DNA of 64,000 nucleotides from Octopus sinensis (Eukaryota): assembly GCF_006345805.1 (NCBI RefSeq), contig NC_043006.1, forward strand, positions 18,538,001 through 18,602,000. Direction: 5' to 3'. The position numbers and the translations under genes were made by a program. The notes below the pieces were generated by a model. It was not told the origin of the DNA and searched no databases. It worked only from the letters and a program-made list of their open reading frames with translations. Numbering within the stretch: position 1 is the first letter of the stretch; each line of letters begins with the position of its first letter. Shown piece after piece: positions 12,216 through 27,085 of this stretch.

Positions 12216-13618
12216 TATTATATTATGGCTAAACTGGCAAAATGACCATTCCGAAATACAACAATATACATATATACATATTATATATATATATATTATA
12301 TATATATATATATATAATATATATTATATTATATATATATATTATATATGTGTTTGTGTGTGTGTGTGTGTCTCCCTCTCTCTCTCTCCACACACACACA
12401 GACACACACACAGACATGCACGCACACACAGATACATAGTCATACACCCATGCACATAAACCGAATAGCACTGACCACTTGTGTGTGAGAGTTGTAGAAC
12501 ATTCCTGTTTCAAAATGCTGACGAATGATTTACAGTGACAAACACTACGGAACACTATAAGCCACCATGGCAATACTTCTAAATTCGCTCGAAGTAATAC
12601 TCCACTGGGATTGTTCCAATATAACTACTTTGATATTTTCACGTCACATTTCTTTCAATCATCTCGAAACCTTCACGCGTAATACCGCTAGGAACAGAGG
12701 TATACCAACAAAACTATAAAGCGATGTACACACACAAACGCACATACGTATACGCATACATAAGACACACACATACACACACGCATACGCACACGGCACA
12801 CACATATACACACATGTTATCCAGGTATATAAACATAAATATATATGGTGTTTACACAGTAGCATGCAATGCATACATGTCGACATTAATGTATGGATGA
12901 GTGCGAGCATGTATGTATATGTATGTATATGTATATAAATATGTGTGTGTATGTATGTGTCTGTATATATATATATATACACACACATATATATACATAC
13001 TTACATTTATGCATAAAAACTGACAAAACTGCTGTCACGTATACCGACATATACACAGAGTTATATATTAAGGTATAAATGAATACTAACAGTTACTCAG
13101 CTTTTTACACGTAAGTATATGCCAACTTATGCGTAGATAGCAAAATATAGCAAAAGATAGCAAAATATGCGCGCAAGCATATGTATATATTTCGTTATAA
13201 ATATAGTTATATCTCTATATACATACAAATACAAACTTAAAACATTTACAATAACTTTAAACTTTCGACGGCACATGCATATTGACGCCCTCGGTGCCGG
13301 GTGAGAGAGGTAATATGCACTCTATGCATTTTGTCTGAAAAAATCTAAACAATAATTCTTTTAGCTTAATTTTAATTCACCTGAAGAAAACATTTTTTTT
13401 TTGCGTGATGTAACAGATTAGTTCATAAAGTAAAAACACGGCTGAAACAGGTGTAGTGTATATCAGCCCAAGTGTATTATTATTGCTACTACACCGCACT
13501 CGGAATCTTCGCTGTGTTGGATCTTGAGCTAACACAGAATCGTGGACTGCATGTCGGAGTATACCCTTTGTGCGATTCTACGTATACGTTGAATGTAACT
13601 GTTCTGTACATGCGGATG

Positions 13619-14003
13619 TGGAAGCACTCCGTCGGTTACGACGACGAGGGTTCCGGTTGATCCGAATCAACGGAACAGCCTGCTCGTGAAATTAACGTGT
13701 AAGTGGCTGAGCACTCCACAGACACGTGTACCCTTAACGTAGTTCTCGGGGATATTCAGCGTGACACAGAGAGTGACAAGGCCGGCCCTTTGAAATACAG
13801 GTACAATAGAAACAGGAAGTAAGAGTGAGAGAAAGTTGTGGTGAAAGAGTACAGCAGGGATCACCACCATGCCCTGCCGGAGCTTCGTGGAGCTTTAGGT
13901 GTTTTCGCTCAATAAACACTCACAACGCCCGGTCTGGGAATCGAAACCGCGATCCTATGACCGCAAGTCGCCTGCCCTAACCCCTGGGCCATTGCGCCTC
14001 CAC
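13619..14003 (-). mobile_element. Family A SINE
   Basis: Full reverse copy; imperfect TSD catgcgg(a/g)tgt at 13609-13619 and 14006-14016. Confidence 0.92.
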
Positions 14004-14016
14004 TGCATGCGGGTGT

Positions 14017-17000
14017 ATGCATAATTGGAAGGATAAATCCATTTATAGTCTGGAAAGCATGCGTGTGTCCGTACACACTGTTGAACTGTCGATACACGTG
14101 TATGCTGTTTTTGAGACTAACTTATTGTCCGTATTATTACAAAACCTCGATTTTATAGGATCTTGTAAATAATCACATATATATGAGAGGTTTTGATATT
14201 CAGAAGACCCAAGATGACAGGTAAGGCTATGTAAGTGATACAAAGGCTGACACCTGGACTTACAGGGCACGTACAACAAATACAGACAGCCCAGCAGACC
14301 GAATATCCAGTCAGCACAGTCCCAGCAACTACAACAGTCTTGCCAACAATAGGGCAGATGTATCCGGTACAACAAGCATAATAACAGCAAATATCCAGGG
14401 TCTTTATCCGAAAACAAAACAGTGTAAAGTCCCTTTCTTGGAAGAATTAGCAACAGAAAACAACTCCAAAATAATTGGAATTACTGAAAGTCATCTCAAC
14501 GAAAACATCCGCAACAGCGAAATCACAATCAATAGATTCAACATCTTCAGATGTGATAGACAAGGCAGATCCCATGGGGGCGTTATCATGTATATCCATG
14601 ATACCTATGCATGCATAGAACTTGTCAATGAATCAAATGCCTACTGCAACCTGCTGTGCATAAAAATCATCCAACTTAATACAGTTGTAACAATAATGTA
14701 CAGACCGCCAAACAGCCCAACATTATCCTTCACTGAGCCACTGACGAAGCTCCAACAAATTCTGGGAAACATGGCAAGTCCAATGCCAGACATTATCCTC
14801 CTTGGTGACTTCAACTTCCTAACATCATCTGGCCACATGGACACATACTAAAACTGGGGACAAAAGCTGAACAAATACAGGCAGCCAAACTGTTGGAAGT
14901 CACAGAGAAATTATACCTCAAACAAATGATGACAGAAGCACAAGAAATAATAATACGATCGACTTGGTTTTCACCAACAACGAGGACACGCTATTGACCT
15001 TCACTCAACCCCAACAATCCTTTCAGACCACAATATTATTGAAATGCATTTACACATTGGTAATGAGCCCAATGCCACAACTCTTAAACAAAAGGACATG
15101 CCAAAGCTATGCAGGTATGATTATCACCAGGCAAATTGGGAAACTATTATCAACCAGTTACAAATCATTGACTGGGATCTCTACCTTACTGGGCAGATAA
15201 ACACAAGAAATTCTTAAACAAGATCGAAGAAATATGTGAAAAAAATGTTCCTCTAAGAAAACCAAGTCCACAAAAAAACCTGTACCACGGGAGCGAAAGA
15301 TCCTGATGCGCAAAAGGTCAAGACTAAAAAACAAAACATCTAAGCTGACATCAAAACATGAATTACAGAAAGTCCTTGACCAAATATACAGATTAGAAGA
15401 CAATCTAAAACAAACACTATGATGAAGAACGTAACAATGCAGAAAAGAAAGCCATAGAAAACATCAAGAAAAATCCAAAATGTTTCTACAGTTTTGCAAA
15501 GAAATACTCGAACACCAAGTCAACAATAGGACCTCTCCAGAGACAAAATGGGGATGTAGTGAATAACCCTATTGAAATGGCAGAAATGTTGGGTCAACAG
15601 TATGAAAGTGTCTTCAGTGAGCCATCTAAAACCATGAAGATCCATGACCCAGGAAAATTCTTCAAGGATATCGACCATACTAAACCTACCCTATCCGACA
15701 TTGATTTCAACCCAGAAGACATAGCAAGAGCAATAGACAAGCTCTCCATGCACTCGGCTGCGGGGCCTGACGGTTTCAATGCCATGATACTTAAAAACTG
15801 CAAGGCACAATTGTCGAAACCCCTTTACATGATATGGAGGGAATCTATGGAGAATGGCAAAATACAAATACATATAAAGAAGCACACATAACTCCAATAC
15901 ATAAAGGGGATAGCAAATCAAAAAAAGAACTACCGACCAATCTCACTGACATCACACATTATCAAGGTCTTCGAAAGAATAGTTCGTGGAAAACTGGTTG
16001 AGTTCCTGGAATCCAACAATATGATGAATTGCAACCAGCATGGATTCAGGTTAGGTAGATCATGCCTTTCCCAACTACTGGCACACCATGACCAAATCCT
16101 AGAAAATCTAGAGAATGGATACAACACAGATGTTATCTACCTCGACTTTGCCAAGGCATTTGACAAGGTAGATCATGGCATCCTGGGTCACAAACTTCGA
16201 AAGCTAGGAGTAGGAGGAAAAGTTGGTACATGGATAAACGAGTTCCTTACAAATAGAACTCAAACAGTCACTGTGAATGGAACCCATTCAACACCATCAC
16301 CTGTGACCAGCAGTGTTCCTCAGGGTACAGTACTCGGCCCAATCCTGTTTCTCATCCTCATCTCTGACATAGATGAAGATACAACCAGCAACGTCTCATC
16401 CTTTGCTGATGACACCAGGGTCATGAGACAAATCAAAGACGAGGTGGATACAGAGGCCTTACAAAAGGACCTGACCAATATATAAATGGCAGGAAACAAA
16501 CAACATGTTGTTCAATGATAAGAAGTTTGAACTAATTCGCTACGGAACAGATCAAGATCTGAAAAATACAACAAACTACAGAAACCCATCAGGACAACAA
16601 ATAATGGAAAAACAGTATGTGAAAGATTTAGGCATCCACATGGGAACCAACCTAAAATTCAGAGAACACCTTGACTCAGTCTGTCTTACTGCAAGAAAGT
16701 ACAGCGGGTGGATCTTGCGCACCTTCAAATCAAGAGATACCTCAACAATGAAAACCCTCTGGAACAGTATGATACTTCCGAGGATTGACTACTGTTCTCA
16801 GTTGTGGTCACCAACAACAAAGGGCCAACTATCTAAGATAGAATCGCTCCAAAGAAATTTTACCTCATACTTCTCAGAAACGAGGGACCTGGACTATTGG
16901 CAAAGACTCAAAACCTTGAGGATGTACTCAATAGAAAGAAGATTTGAGCGATACCGAATTATATACATTTGGAAAATGATAGAGCAGAAGGTGCCAAATT

Positions 17001-17393
17001 TGGTATCAAAACCTACCACTCACTGCGCCACGGAAGACGCTGCCAGCTGCCACCAATCAACAAAAAGGCTGGCCAGGCAGCAAAAACCCTGCGAGAATCA
17101 AGTCTGTTGGTTCGAGGAGCACAACTGTTCAACTCCATTCCGGTACATGTCAGAAATCTATCAGGATGCAGTGTGGAATCATTCAAATTGCAACTGGATA
17201 GATACTTAAGCACCATTAGAGATGAACCCCATCTCCCAGGATATACACAACGAGCACAAACTGACTCAAACTCGCTCCTACACATGTCAAATTTAAGCAG
17301 AGAATACAACCTGGCAACCACACCAGACTCTGAGGGTGGAGTCTTCGACTTGGCCTGAGCATGGACTCAAACCCAAATGAAATGAAATGAAAT
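14017..17393 (+). mobile_element. CR1-group LINE (ORF2 APE endonuclease + RT, frameshifted; possible ORF1 remnant upstream)
   Basis: APE motifs IIGITESHL, YRPPNS, LLGDFN, DLVFTN. RT motifs GPDG, NYRPISLTS, QHGFR, YLDFAKAFDKVDH, SVPQGTVLGP, FADD. 3' tail (AAATG)n at 17377-17393. The 5' boundary is uncertain. Confidence 0.93.
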
Positions 17394-18259
17394 AAGTGCT
17401 ACAGAAGGACCGTAGTTAGGATATCGGTTCGATAATATTATGAGTGAGGAGTCTAATGCGGGTCGTGGATGAACATGTATATGTTAAATGAAATGAGACA
17501 ACGAAGCCAACAGCTGTAAGACTAACTTTCTCTTTATAAATGTCCTAGAAATTTTATACTGCTTTGGCTTTGTTGTCTCATTTTAATCTAACACGCACAC
17601 ACACACACAACTAGTTTTAAATCTCTGATTGTGATCTATGTAGTAACAGTACCGAATAGTAAAGTTTATTTGCCAACATAACGTGGCAGTCTTGAATAGA
17701 ACTATGTTACTACTTTTTAACTTCAGGAAAACATCTTTTCCAGCTAGTTTATCGACACATGATTCGGTTCCAAAAAGGAATTATTTCTCATTCTCTCAAA
17801 CGTTTATAAATTCTTAACATGGGGAAAAAAATTATCTGTCTATTTCAGTCTCTCTCTCTCTCTTCCTCTCTCTCCCTCCCTCTCTCTCCGCTCTCTCTCC
17901 CTCTCTGTACGCACACACACATACACACACACACATCAAATGAAGGGAAAGGAAAGTAAAGTAATCCAGGAAAACAATTTATCAAAATTCTGTAGGTATA
18001 AAATCCGGCTAATTAAATTGTTCAGCGAAAGCCAAAATAGTTCAAATAGATTGTAAATTCCCTTTCTGCCACCTGTCCACTTTGTAAGTACCGAGTCCAA
18101 ACATCGAATGAATCTCTTATGATAATATACTATAAATTCAGCATATCATTGCAGAGTATACATGGGATTGATCAAGTCGTGAATACGCTTTGCACTTCAG
18201 CATTTTGAAGTATGGTATTCTATTTGAAATGGACATAGTTGATAAGTCATGAATAAATC

Positions 18260-18945
18260 TCCATTATTTTGTGTGTCCTTTAATAGCTTGTGATTTATCG
18301 AATCGCAAACGTGTATACAGAAAATTAATACAAACAGCAGTGTGCAATACGTTTATCATCAAATGCAATGACCAGTTTTCTAAATGTAATGCTTTCTTCA
18401 TTTTCTTTTTTAGTTTAACACCTTCTTTGATAGTCGATCTGTAAATACCAGATTGGGAAGGAAGGAGTCTCGACAGTGATTCCATCTTGAGATAATTGTC
18501 AACAAACTGTTGCTGCATGTGGGGTTGATAGCTTGGAAGATATTACTAACTTGGTTGCAGTTCCAGTTTTGCTATACTTCCTCCTTGTTTGTGTGGATTC
18601 TTCATCTGATTTTTCGGACTCTTGATATTCCCTTTCAGTCTCTGCTTCAGACGTTGACGATGACACTGGAGTTGCTCTGGTTGGAGTTGGTATTAAAGAC
18701 ACTTTTCTTCTTTTGGATTGATAGTTTTAGAACTGGCTGCTTTTCCATATCCAACCTGTCCCTTGCTTTCAATTTGAAGATAATATAACCTTCTATCCTC
18801 ACTGCACAGCCATTCTCTGTTTTTCTTTGTGATGTCAAAAATACTTTCAGTGAATTGTATTTTCCTCGTTTTACATATTTATCGTAGGTATTCAGCACTT
18901 TTTCTACTTTTGCTTGTACATTTTGAATAGATAAATATAGCAAAT
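18260..18945 (-). pseudogene. Degraded DNA-transposase-like coding relic (possibly hAT/hATm-like)
   Basis: Stitched frames read ...YSKTGTATKLVISSKLSTPHAATVC.QLSQDG...PSQSGIYRSTIKEG...LENWSLH(FDDK), reminiscent of the SLHFDGK/HWDGK region of such transposases. Recognition from memory only; no TIRs found. Confidence 0.4.
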
Positions 18946-19751
18946 TTAATATTTTTTCCCATAAAAAAGTTACTTCTTTCGAAATTTCCTTTGTTCTTGT
19001 TTTATCCTTCCTTTGACAGAACAGTTAGTGATCAACAATTTGAAATTTCATTGGTATCCTGCAATTGTTTTCCAAAGAATGCTCTTCAAGAGGAACAGGT
19101 TTTCTTTTCCTATGTAAGTTTTGAAATTGCACGGGATTCTTCGTCCAGATTTTTTTTGTTTATTTGAGTGACACAAGCACTTCTTTTATGAAATATTATT
19201 TTAGATACTCTAGTTGGATATGCCTACTATTCTGAATAACAGTTAATATAGTCAGAGTTTTTAGCGTCAGAGAAATAAAAAGGGGAAGAAGAGGATATTT
19301 CCTAAAGTAGGGCCTAATTGGCAACAAATTAAAAACTCTAAAACTCCTAAACTATTTAAACTTGAAAGCTGAAATTTGAGATATACTGTTTCGGTAAAAA
19401 CTTGATTAGGCATTACGAACTCCCTAGAATTTTGCATTATTTGGGTAAAAAATGATGTTAGATTTCTTCAGTTAGGGGTGACATTTAAAAAAAAAAAATT
19501 AAGGTTATTTTCCCTATTTATATGAAATTGTTCATCGACATTTAATACAGGAAATTGTTTACATCCAAAAAGATCAAGAAGTCATAACCCTAATAATTAC
19601 ATGTAAAGTCTCAATATATACACAACGCAGCTATATATTTGTATATACTTACATCTCAATATATGCACTTATTCATATACACTGTATTGAGCCCACTGAT
19701 ATACAACCTCTCAATGCTTGCATAAACATGCATATAAACATTCTCAAAAAC

Positions 19752-20805
19752 GCATACACACATCCATCCATCCATCCATCCATACATACATACATACATA
19801 CATACACACACATACATACACACATACATACATACATACATCCATCATCATCCATCCATACATACATACATACATACATACATACATACATACACACACA
19901 TACATACATACACACATACACACATACATACATACATACATACATACATACACACACATACATACGTACACACATACACACATACATACATACATACATA
20001 CACACATCCATCCATCCATACATACATACATCCATCCATCCATACATACATACATACATACACACATACACACACATACATACACACATACACACATATA
20101 TACATACATACATACACACATACACCACACATACATACACACATACACACACACATACATACATACATACACACATACACATAAATACATACATACATAC
20201 ATACATACATACATACATACATACATACATACGTACATACATACATACATACATACATACATACACACACATACATACATACATACATACATACATACAT
20301 ACATACATACATACATACATACATACATACATACATACATACATACATACATACATACACACATACATACATACATACATACATACATACATACATACGT
20401 ACATACATACATACATACATACATACACACATACACACACAGTCATACATACACACATACACACATACACATACATACACACATACATACATACATACAT
20501 ACACACATGCATACATACATACATACATACATACATACATACATACATACATACATACATACATACACACATACATACATACATACATACATACATACAC
20601 ACATACATACATACATACATACACACATACATACATACATACATGCATACATACACACATACATACATACATACATACATACATACACATACATACATAC
20701 ATACATACATACATACATACATACATACATACATACACACAAACATACATACATACATACATACATACATACATACATACATACATACATACATACATGC
20801 ATGCA
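19752..20805 (+). repeat. (CATA)n-dominated array, about 1.05 kb
   Basis: Direct reading; (CATC) and (CA) variants interspersed. Confidence 0.95.
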
Positions 20806-21049
20806 AACATGTATATTCACTTATCTGCACACTAGTCAACATGTTCCTTGGATATAACCTAATATACAAATACAGTTTTTTTTTAAATGGAAGTTTATAC
20901 AGCTTCCAAACATATGCAGAGATTTGCATAATTACAATTATATACACAGACAATTGTATTATACACAAACAGTTGTACACGCCACTAGACACAGACATAC
21001 ACTCATTCACACATACGTACACACGCACATTCGCACTTTCTCCCACGCA

Positions 21050-21099
<50 letters not shown>

Positions 21100-21518
21100 T
21101 ACACATACCAAATGAAAGAGCTAGTTTTATATTTCAGACACCTCAGAATTCACAGTGTGAAAGAATCAAAGAGAGACTAGACAACTGAATGAAATATCAA
21201 GAAACATGCACGGACTTCTGTTTCTTTTCGTTTCGTTTCTTTTCTTTTTTCTTTCTCGTTTTGTCCTTTGATATCAATTTTATACGTTTCTTATTAGCTT
21301 TCATACGATTCTGACTACACTCATACTTTTTAAGACACGTAGCTACCACTGCTGCCTTAAAACTTAGTTTATGAATATTCCAGGCCACAATGGTATGTTA
21401 AAGTCTTCGGCTAAACATTTATTCTAACACACAAACACACACACACGCTCACTGGCATAAATATATATGTATATATATATATGTGTGTATATATATGAAT
21501 GTGCGTGACTGTACAAAT

Positions 21519-21732
<214 letters not shown>

Positions 21733-22123
21733 TGATGTCGTCAAGTATGAAATTTGTAGAAAAGAAAAATGTTTGCTAATGTTTTATAAATACAAGGAAT
21801 AGTTTTATTCATCAAAGTATGCACCCATATTATCAATACACTTTTGCATTTTCAGTGGTAGCATGTCCAGCCCAGAAGTGTATAAGCCTAGCAATCGAGA
21901 GTCAATAAAACATTGGAAGACCTGTTTTACAGAATCGTCAGAATCAAATTTTTTTCTATCAAAAAGTTATCCAAATTCTGGAAGAACTGGTAGACATTGT
22001 GGGCAAGATCAGGTGAGTATGGTGGATGATGGAGAACTTCCAACTCCAAATCCTGTAGTTTCGCCAATGACGATCAAATCGACCCCAGGACTTATTCTTT
22101 GTAAGCCTAGTACTTATTTAATC

Positions 22124-22294
22124 GGTCGTGGTCCCTGCTGTACTCTTTCGCCACAACTTTCTCTCACTCTTTCTTCTGTTGGCCTGCTCGCTTAGCCAGC
22201 GGGGTGGCGTCATTTGAAGGCTAAAACAATGCGAAACGCATCGTGACCAACGATATGTAGCAACATCTGATAGTCTGGTCGGTCACGGGATCAT

Positions 22295-22299
<5 letters not shown>
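22124..22299 (+). mobile_element. Family A' SINE fragment, preceded by a short inverted family B piece (about 22070-22125)
   Basis: Tail ...ggtcggtcacgggatcatgtgat followed by (TA)n. Confidence 0.8.
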
Positions 22300-22346
<47 letters not shown>

Positions 22347-22350
22347 TATA

Positions 22351-22416
<66 letters not shown>

Positions 22417-22886
22417 GTATATATATATATATGAGTAGCATTCTAGAGTAGGCTGTAACCAGTAGAGTTGAAAAGTACAGAATTTAGGCTATTTTTAGAA
22501 TGTGTAGGAAATTTTGGGATTGGATTTATATTCAGTTCAGATGGGATCTGAAATGCTGTTAATAGCACGCTGAAGAAGCGGTAATTAACACCAAAATGCA
22601 CAGCAGTGTGCACGAAATTGCAGCAGAAACATGTGCAGGTATAGAAATAGAAAGATGATTCACAGCAGAATAAAACCGGTTATGTAAATCTCTATTCTCC
22701 TTATTAATTTATTATTTCTTCTCTACCGACAATAAGCAGTTTCTATAGAGACATATAGACTTACCAATGTGATACCCACTAGGATTGTATATCTCTACAA
22801 ATCTAGTTTGGAAACTTACCTACACACACATACGCACACACACACACACACACACACAAATACACACACAATTACACATACACATA

Positions 22887-23288
22887 GGCGCAGGAGTGGC
22901 TGTGTGGTAAGTAGCTTGCTAACCAACCACATGGTTCTAGGTTCAGTCCCACTGCGTGGCATCTTGGGCAAGTGTCTTCTGCTATAGCCCCGGGCCGACC
23001 AATGCCTTGTGAGTGGATTTGGTAGACGGAAACTGAAAGAAGCCTGTCGTATATTATGTATATATATGTATATATGTGTGTTTGTGTGTGTGTGTGTTTG
23101 TCCCCCTAGCATTGCTTGTCAACCGATGCTGGTGTGTTTATGTCCCCGTCACTTAGTGGTTCGGCAAAAAGAGACCGATAGAATAAGTACTGGGCTTACA
23201 AAGAATAAGTCCCGGGGTCGATTTGCTCGACTAAAGGCGGTGCTCCAGCATGGCCGCAGTCAAATGACCGAAACAAGTAAAAGAGAGT
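22887..23288 (+). mobile_element. Family B SINE
   Basis: Full copy from ggcgcaggagtggctgtgtggtaag. Confidence 0.93.
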
Positions 23289-23313
23289 AAACACACAAAC
23301 ACACACATATATA

Positions 23314-23544
23314 TATTTCTTTACTACCCACAAGGGGCTAAACACAGAGGGGACAAACAAGGACAGACAAAGGGATTAAGTCGACTACATCGACCCCAGT
23401 GCGTAACTGGTACTTAATTTATCGACCCTGAAAGGATGAAAGGCAAAGTCGACCTCGGCGGAATTTGAACTCGGAACGTAACGACAGACGAAATACGGCT
23501 ACGAATTTCGCCCGGCGTGCTAACGTTTCTACCAGCTCGCCGCC
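23314..23544 (-). mobile_element. Family C SINE, tail-to-tail with the family B copy
   Basis: Reverse match to 50928-51161. Confidence 0.9.
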
Positions 23545-24795
23545 TTTCTACCAGTTCGCCACACACATATATATGGTGTGTGTGTGTGTGCATTTGTGCA
23601 CACAAGTGTATATCGAGAGAGATGGAGAAAGAGAAGCTGTTACAATGAAACATTATTAATAGCTAAACACAAACCGAAATTCAACGCACGTATTTAGCCA
23701 TTAAACAAGGTAAAATCGACCACGATGTTTTTACTGACAGCATCTATATTATGAGTTTTTTTTACGAGTTAGTTAAAAAAAAAAAAAACTCTGCAACACG
23801 AGACTATCATCCTTTCATTCAGAAGATAAAACCGAGAAGATCTTAAAACGTTAACTGAGTTAGCAAGTTTGTTGTTCCGAAGCAAACATAAAGAATATGC
23901 AACACATACTGAGATTTGTCACATTTGAGCGAGTGCAGCTTGGAAATTTGTACCACGCGTTTGCTAGTCGCCCTACGTGCCTACGCGATGCGGTTTCCTA
24001 ATCGTTGATCTGGCGAAAAATCCAAGGTATGAGAGATGTTCGATCCAGAACCCACAAATCTCTATTCGTGAGCTAAATACTTAAACTACTTACTTAAAAG
24101 ACGTCACAGAATTATAAAACAAAATGTTGTCAATAAAAATACAGTCGTAATTTGATGAATTATATTTGAAATAAAAGCTGTTCCTTTAAATACAGACATA
24201 GAAGCACACACACACACACCCCTTCTCCTCACTCCTTTTGTTTCTTTCCCTCATCCTCTCTGTTGTCTCCCTTTCCCGTTGCTTGTTTGCTCTCACCTCT
24301 GCCTTTTCTGGACGCGACGTCAACATGGCTGGACGTCATTTTCCTCGCCTCCCGACATTTTTTCTCTTCTACAATTTTCTTCTCTTCTGTTTATTCTATA
24401 TCCTTTAAAGTTTCTCCCATGCGTTACCCATTACAATACGTCTTGAACTAACGGCCCTTAATGTTTGTCTTCGTCGATTGTTTACTCTGCGCTAACCCAC
24501 TACAAATTTTATATTTAAAACATGGATGGTGTTGTCTCATGAAGTTTTGCTATCTTGTTGTCGAAAGCTCGAAACAGGAAGTAATAAACAGTCGACAACC
24601 GAGGAGGAGTTAGACTTCTTTTGGTATTTTGTCCCGTACTTGTCTTTCGTTATGTGTTTACGTATTTTTCCATCGTTGTTGATGTCCTGTTCTTATGGTG
24701 TATTACACAAACATACACACACACACACACACCACACACACACACACACACAACACACACACACACAAATACACACACAATTACACATACACATA

Positions 24796-25196
24796 GGCGC
24801 AGGAGTGGCTGTGTGGTAAGTAGCTTGCTAACCAACCACATGGTTCTAGGTTCAGTCCCACTGCGTGGCATCTTGGGCAAGTGTCTTCTGCTATAGCCCC
24901 GGGCCGACCAATGCCTTGTGAGTGGATTGGTAGACGGAAACTGAAAGAAGCCTGTCGTATATTATGTATATATATGTATATATGTGTGTTTGTGTGTGTG
25001 TGTGTTGTCCCCCTAGCATTGCTTGTCAACCGATGCTGGTGTGTTTATGTCCCCGTCACTTAGTGGTTCGGCAAAAAGAGACCGATAGAATAAGTACTGG
25101 GCTTACAAAGAATAAGTCCCGGGGTCGATTTGCTCGACTAAAGGCGGTGCTCCAGCATGGCCGCAGTCAAATGACCGAAACAAGTAAAAGAGAGTA
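24796..25196 (+). mobile_element. Family B SINE (duplicate of 22887-23288)
   Basis: Part of the tandem duplication. Confidence 0.9.
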
Positions 25197-25221
25197 AACA
25201 CACAAACACACACATATATAT

Positions 25222-25450
25222 ATTTCTTTACTACCCACAAGGGGCTAAACACAGAGGGGACAAACAAGGACAGACAAAGGGATTAAGTCGACTACATCGA
25301 CCCCAGTGCGTAACTGGTACTTAATTATCGACCCTGAAAGGATGAAAGGCAAAGTCGACCTCGGCGGAATTTGAACTCGGAACGTAACGACAGACGAAAT
25401 ACGGCTACGAATTTCGCCCGGCGTGCTAACGTTTCTACCAGCTCGCCGCC
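25222..25450 (-). mobile_element. Family C SINE (duplicate of 23314-23544)
   Basis: Part of the tandem duplication. Confidence 0.9.
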
Positions 25451-26612
25451 TTTCTACCAGTTCGCCACACACATATATATGGTGTGTGTGTGTGCATTTG
25501 TGCACACAAGTGTATATCGAGAGAGATGGAGAAAGAGAAGCTGTTACAATGAAACATTATTAATAGCTAAACACAAACCGAAATTCAACGCACGTATTTA
25601 GCCATTAAACAAGGTAAAATCGACCACGATGTTTTTACTGACAGCATCTATATTATGAGTTTTTTTTACGAGTTAGTTAAAAAAAAAAAAAACTCTGCAA
25701 CACGAGACTATCATCCTTTCATTCAGAAGATAAAACCGAGAAGATCTTAAAACGTTAACTGAGTTAGCAAGTTTGTTGTTCCGAAGCAAACATAAAGAAT
25801 ATGCAACACATACTGAGATTGTCACATTGAGCGAGTGCAGCTTGGAAATTTGTACCACGCGTTTGCTAGTCGCCCTACGTGCCTACGCGATGCGGTTTCC
25901 TAATCGTTGATCTGGCGAAAAATCCAAGGTATGAGAGATGTTCGATCCAGAACCCACAAATCTCTATTCGTGAGCTAAATACTTAAACTACTTACTTAAA
26001 AGACGTCACAGAATTATAAAACAAAATGTTGTCAATAAAAATACAGTCGTAATTTGATGAATTATATTTGAAATAAAAGCTGTTCCTTTAAATACAGACA
26101 TAGAAGCACACACACACACACCCCTTCTCCTCACTCCTTTTGTTTCTTTCCCTCATCCTCTCTGTTGTCTCCCTTTCCCGTTGCTTGTTTGCTCTCACCT
26201 CTGCCTTTTCTGGACGCGACGTCAACATGGCTGGACGTCATTTTCCTCGCCTCCCGACATTTTTTCTCTTCTACAATTTTCTTCTCTTCTGTTTATTCTA
26301 TATCCTTTAAAGTTTCTCCCATGCGTTACCCATTACAATACGTCTTGAACTAACGGCCCTTAATGTTTGTCTTCGTCGATTGTTTACTCTGCGCTAACCC
26401 ACTACAAATTTTATATTTAAAACATGGATGGTGTTGTCTCATGAAGTTTTGCTATCTTGTTGTCGAAAGCTCGAAACAGGAAGTAATAAACAGTCGACAA
26501 CCGAGGAGGAGTTAGACTTCTTTTGGTATTTTGTCCCGTACTTGTCTTTCGTTATGTGTTTACGTATTTTTCCATCGTTGTTGATGTCCTGTTCTTATGG
26601 TGTATTACACAA

Positions 26613-26664
<52 letters not shown>

Positions 26665-27085
26665 GCGCTTGCAGTTAGTACTAGTGTTGTTCACATAAGA
26701 AATTTACTGTGCACAAGATATGAACCATAATCCCGCTCCTTTCGATGAATGCAATGCGAATAGTCCCGTTGTTAGCATTCGGGATGTCGGTTACCTCTCC
26801 TATTTACCGATGGTGTTTTGGGTTTCTGTATATCCCTGAGGTCTGGATTTTTGTGTACAGATATTGCTAGTCATTTATTACTAATTCTATGTATAACATC
26901 AGCTATATTAAAGGTAGTAGACTACGATAGTTTAAGGGAGTGGGGATTACAAAAAAATCTTCCAATACTTACTAGATGTAAGTGCCTCTCTAAAGCACCC
27001 AAAAACTAATTTCAGTTATGTAGAGAACGAAGTGATCTTGAAACCTCACAAAAATCTAACTCATTAATGATATATATATATATAT

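Larger units (their letters stand above)
22850..26660 (+). repeat. About 1.9-kb tandem duplication (22850-24755 and 24756-26660)
   Basis: Marker offsets 1909 (ggcgcaggag 22887/24796) falling to 1902 (ggtgtattac 24697/26599); junctions lie in (CA)n. Confidence 0.95.
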
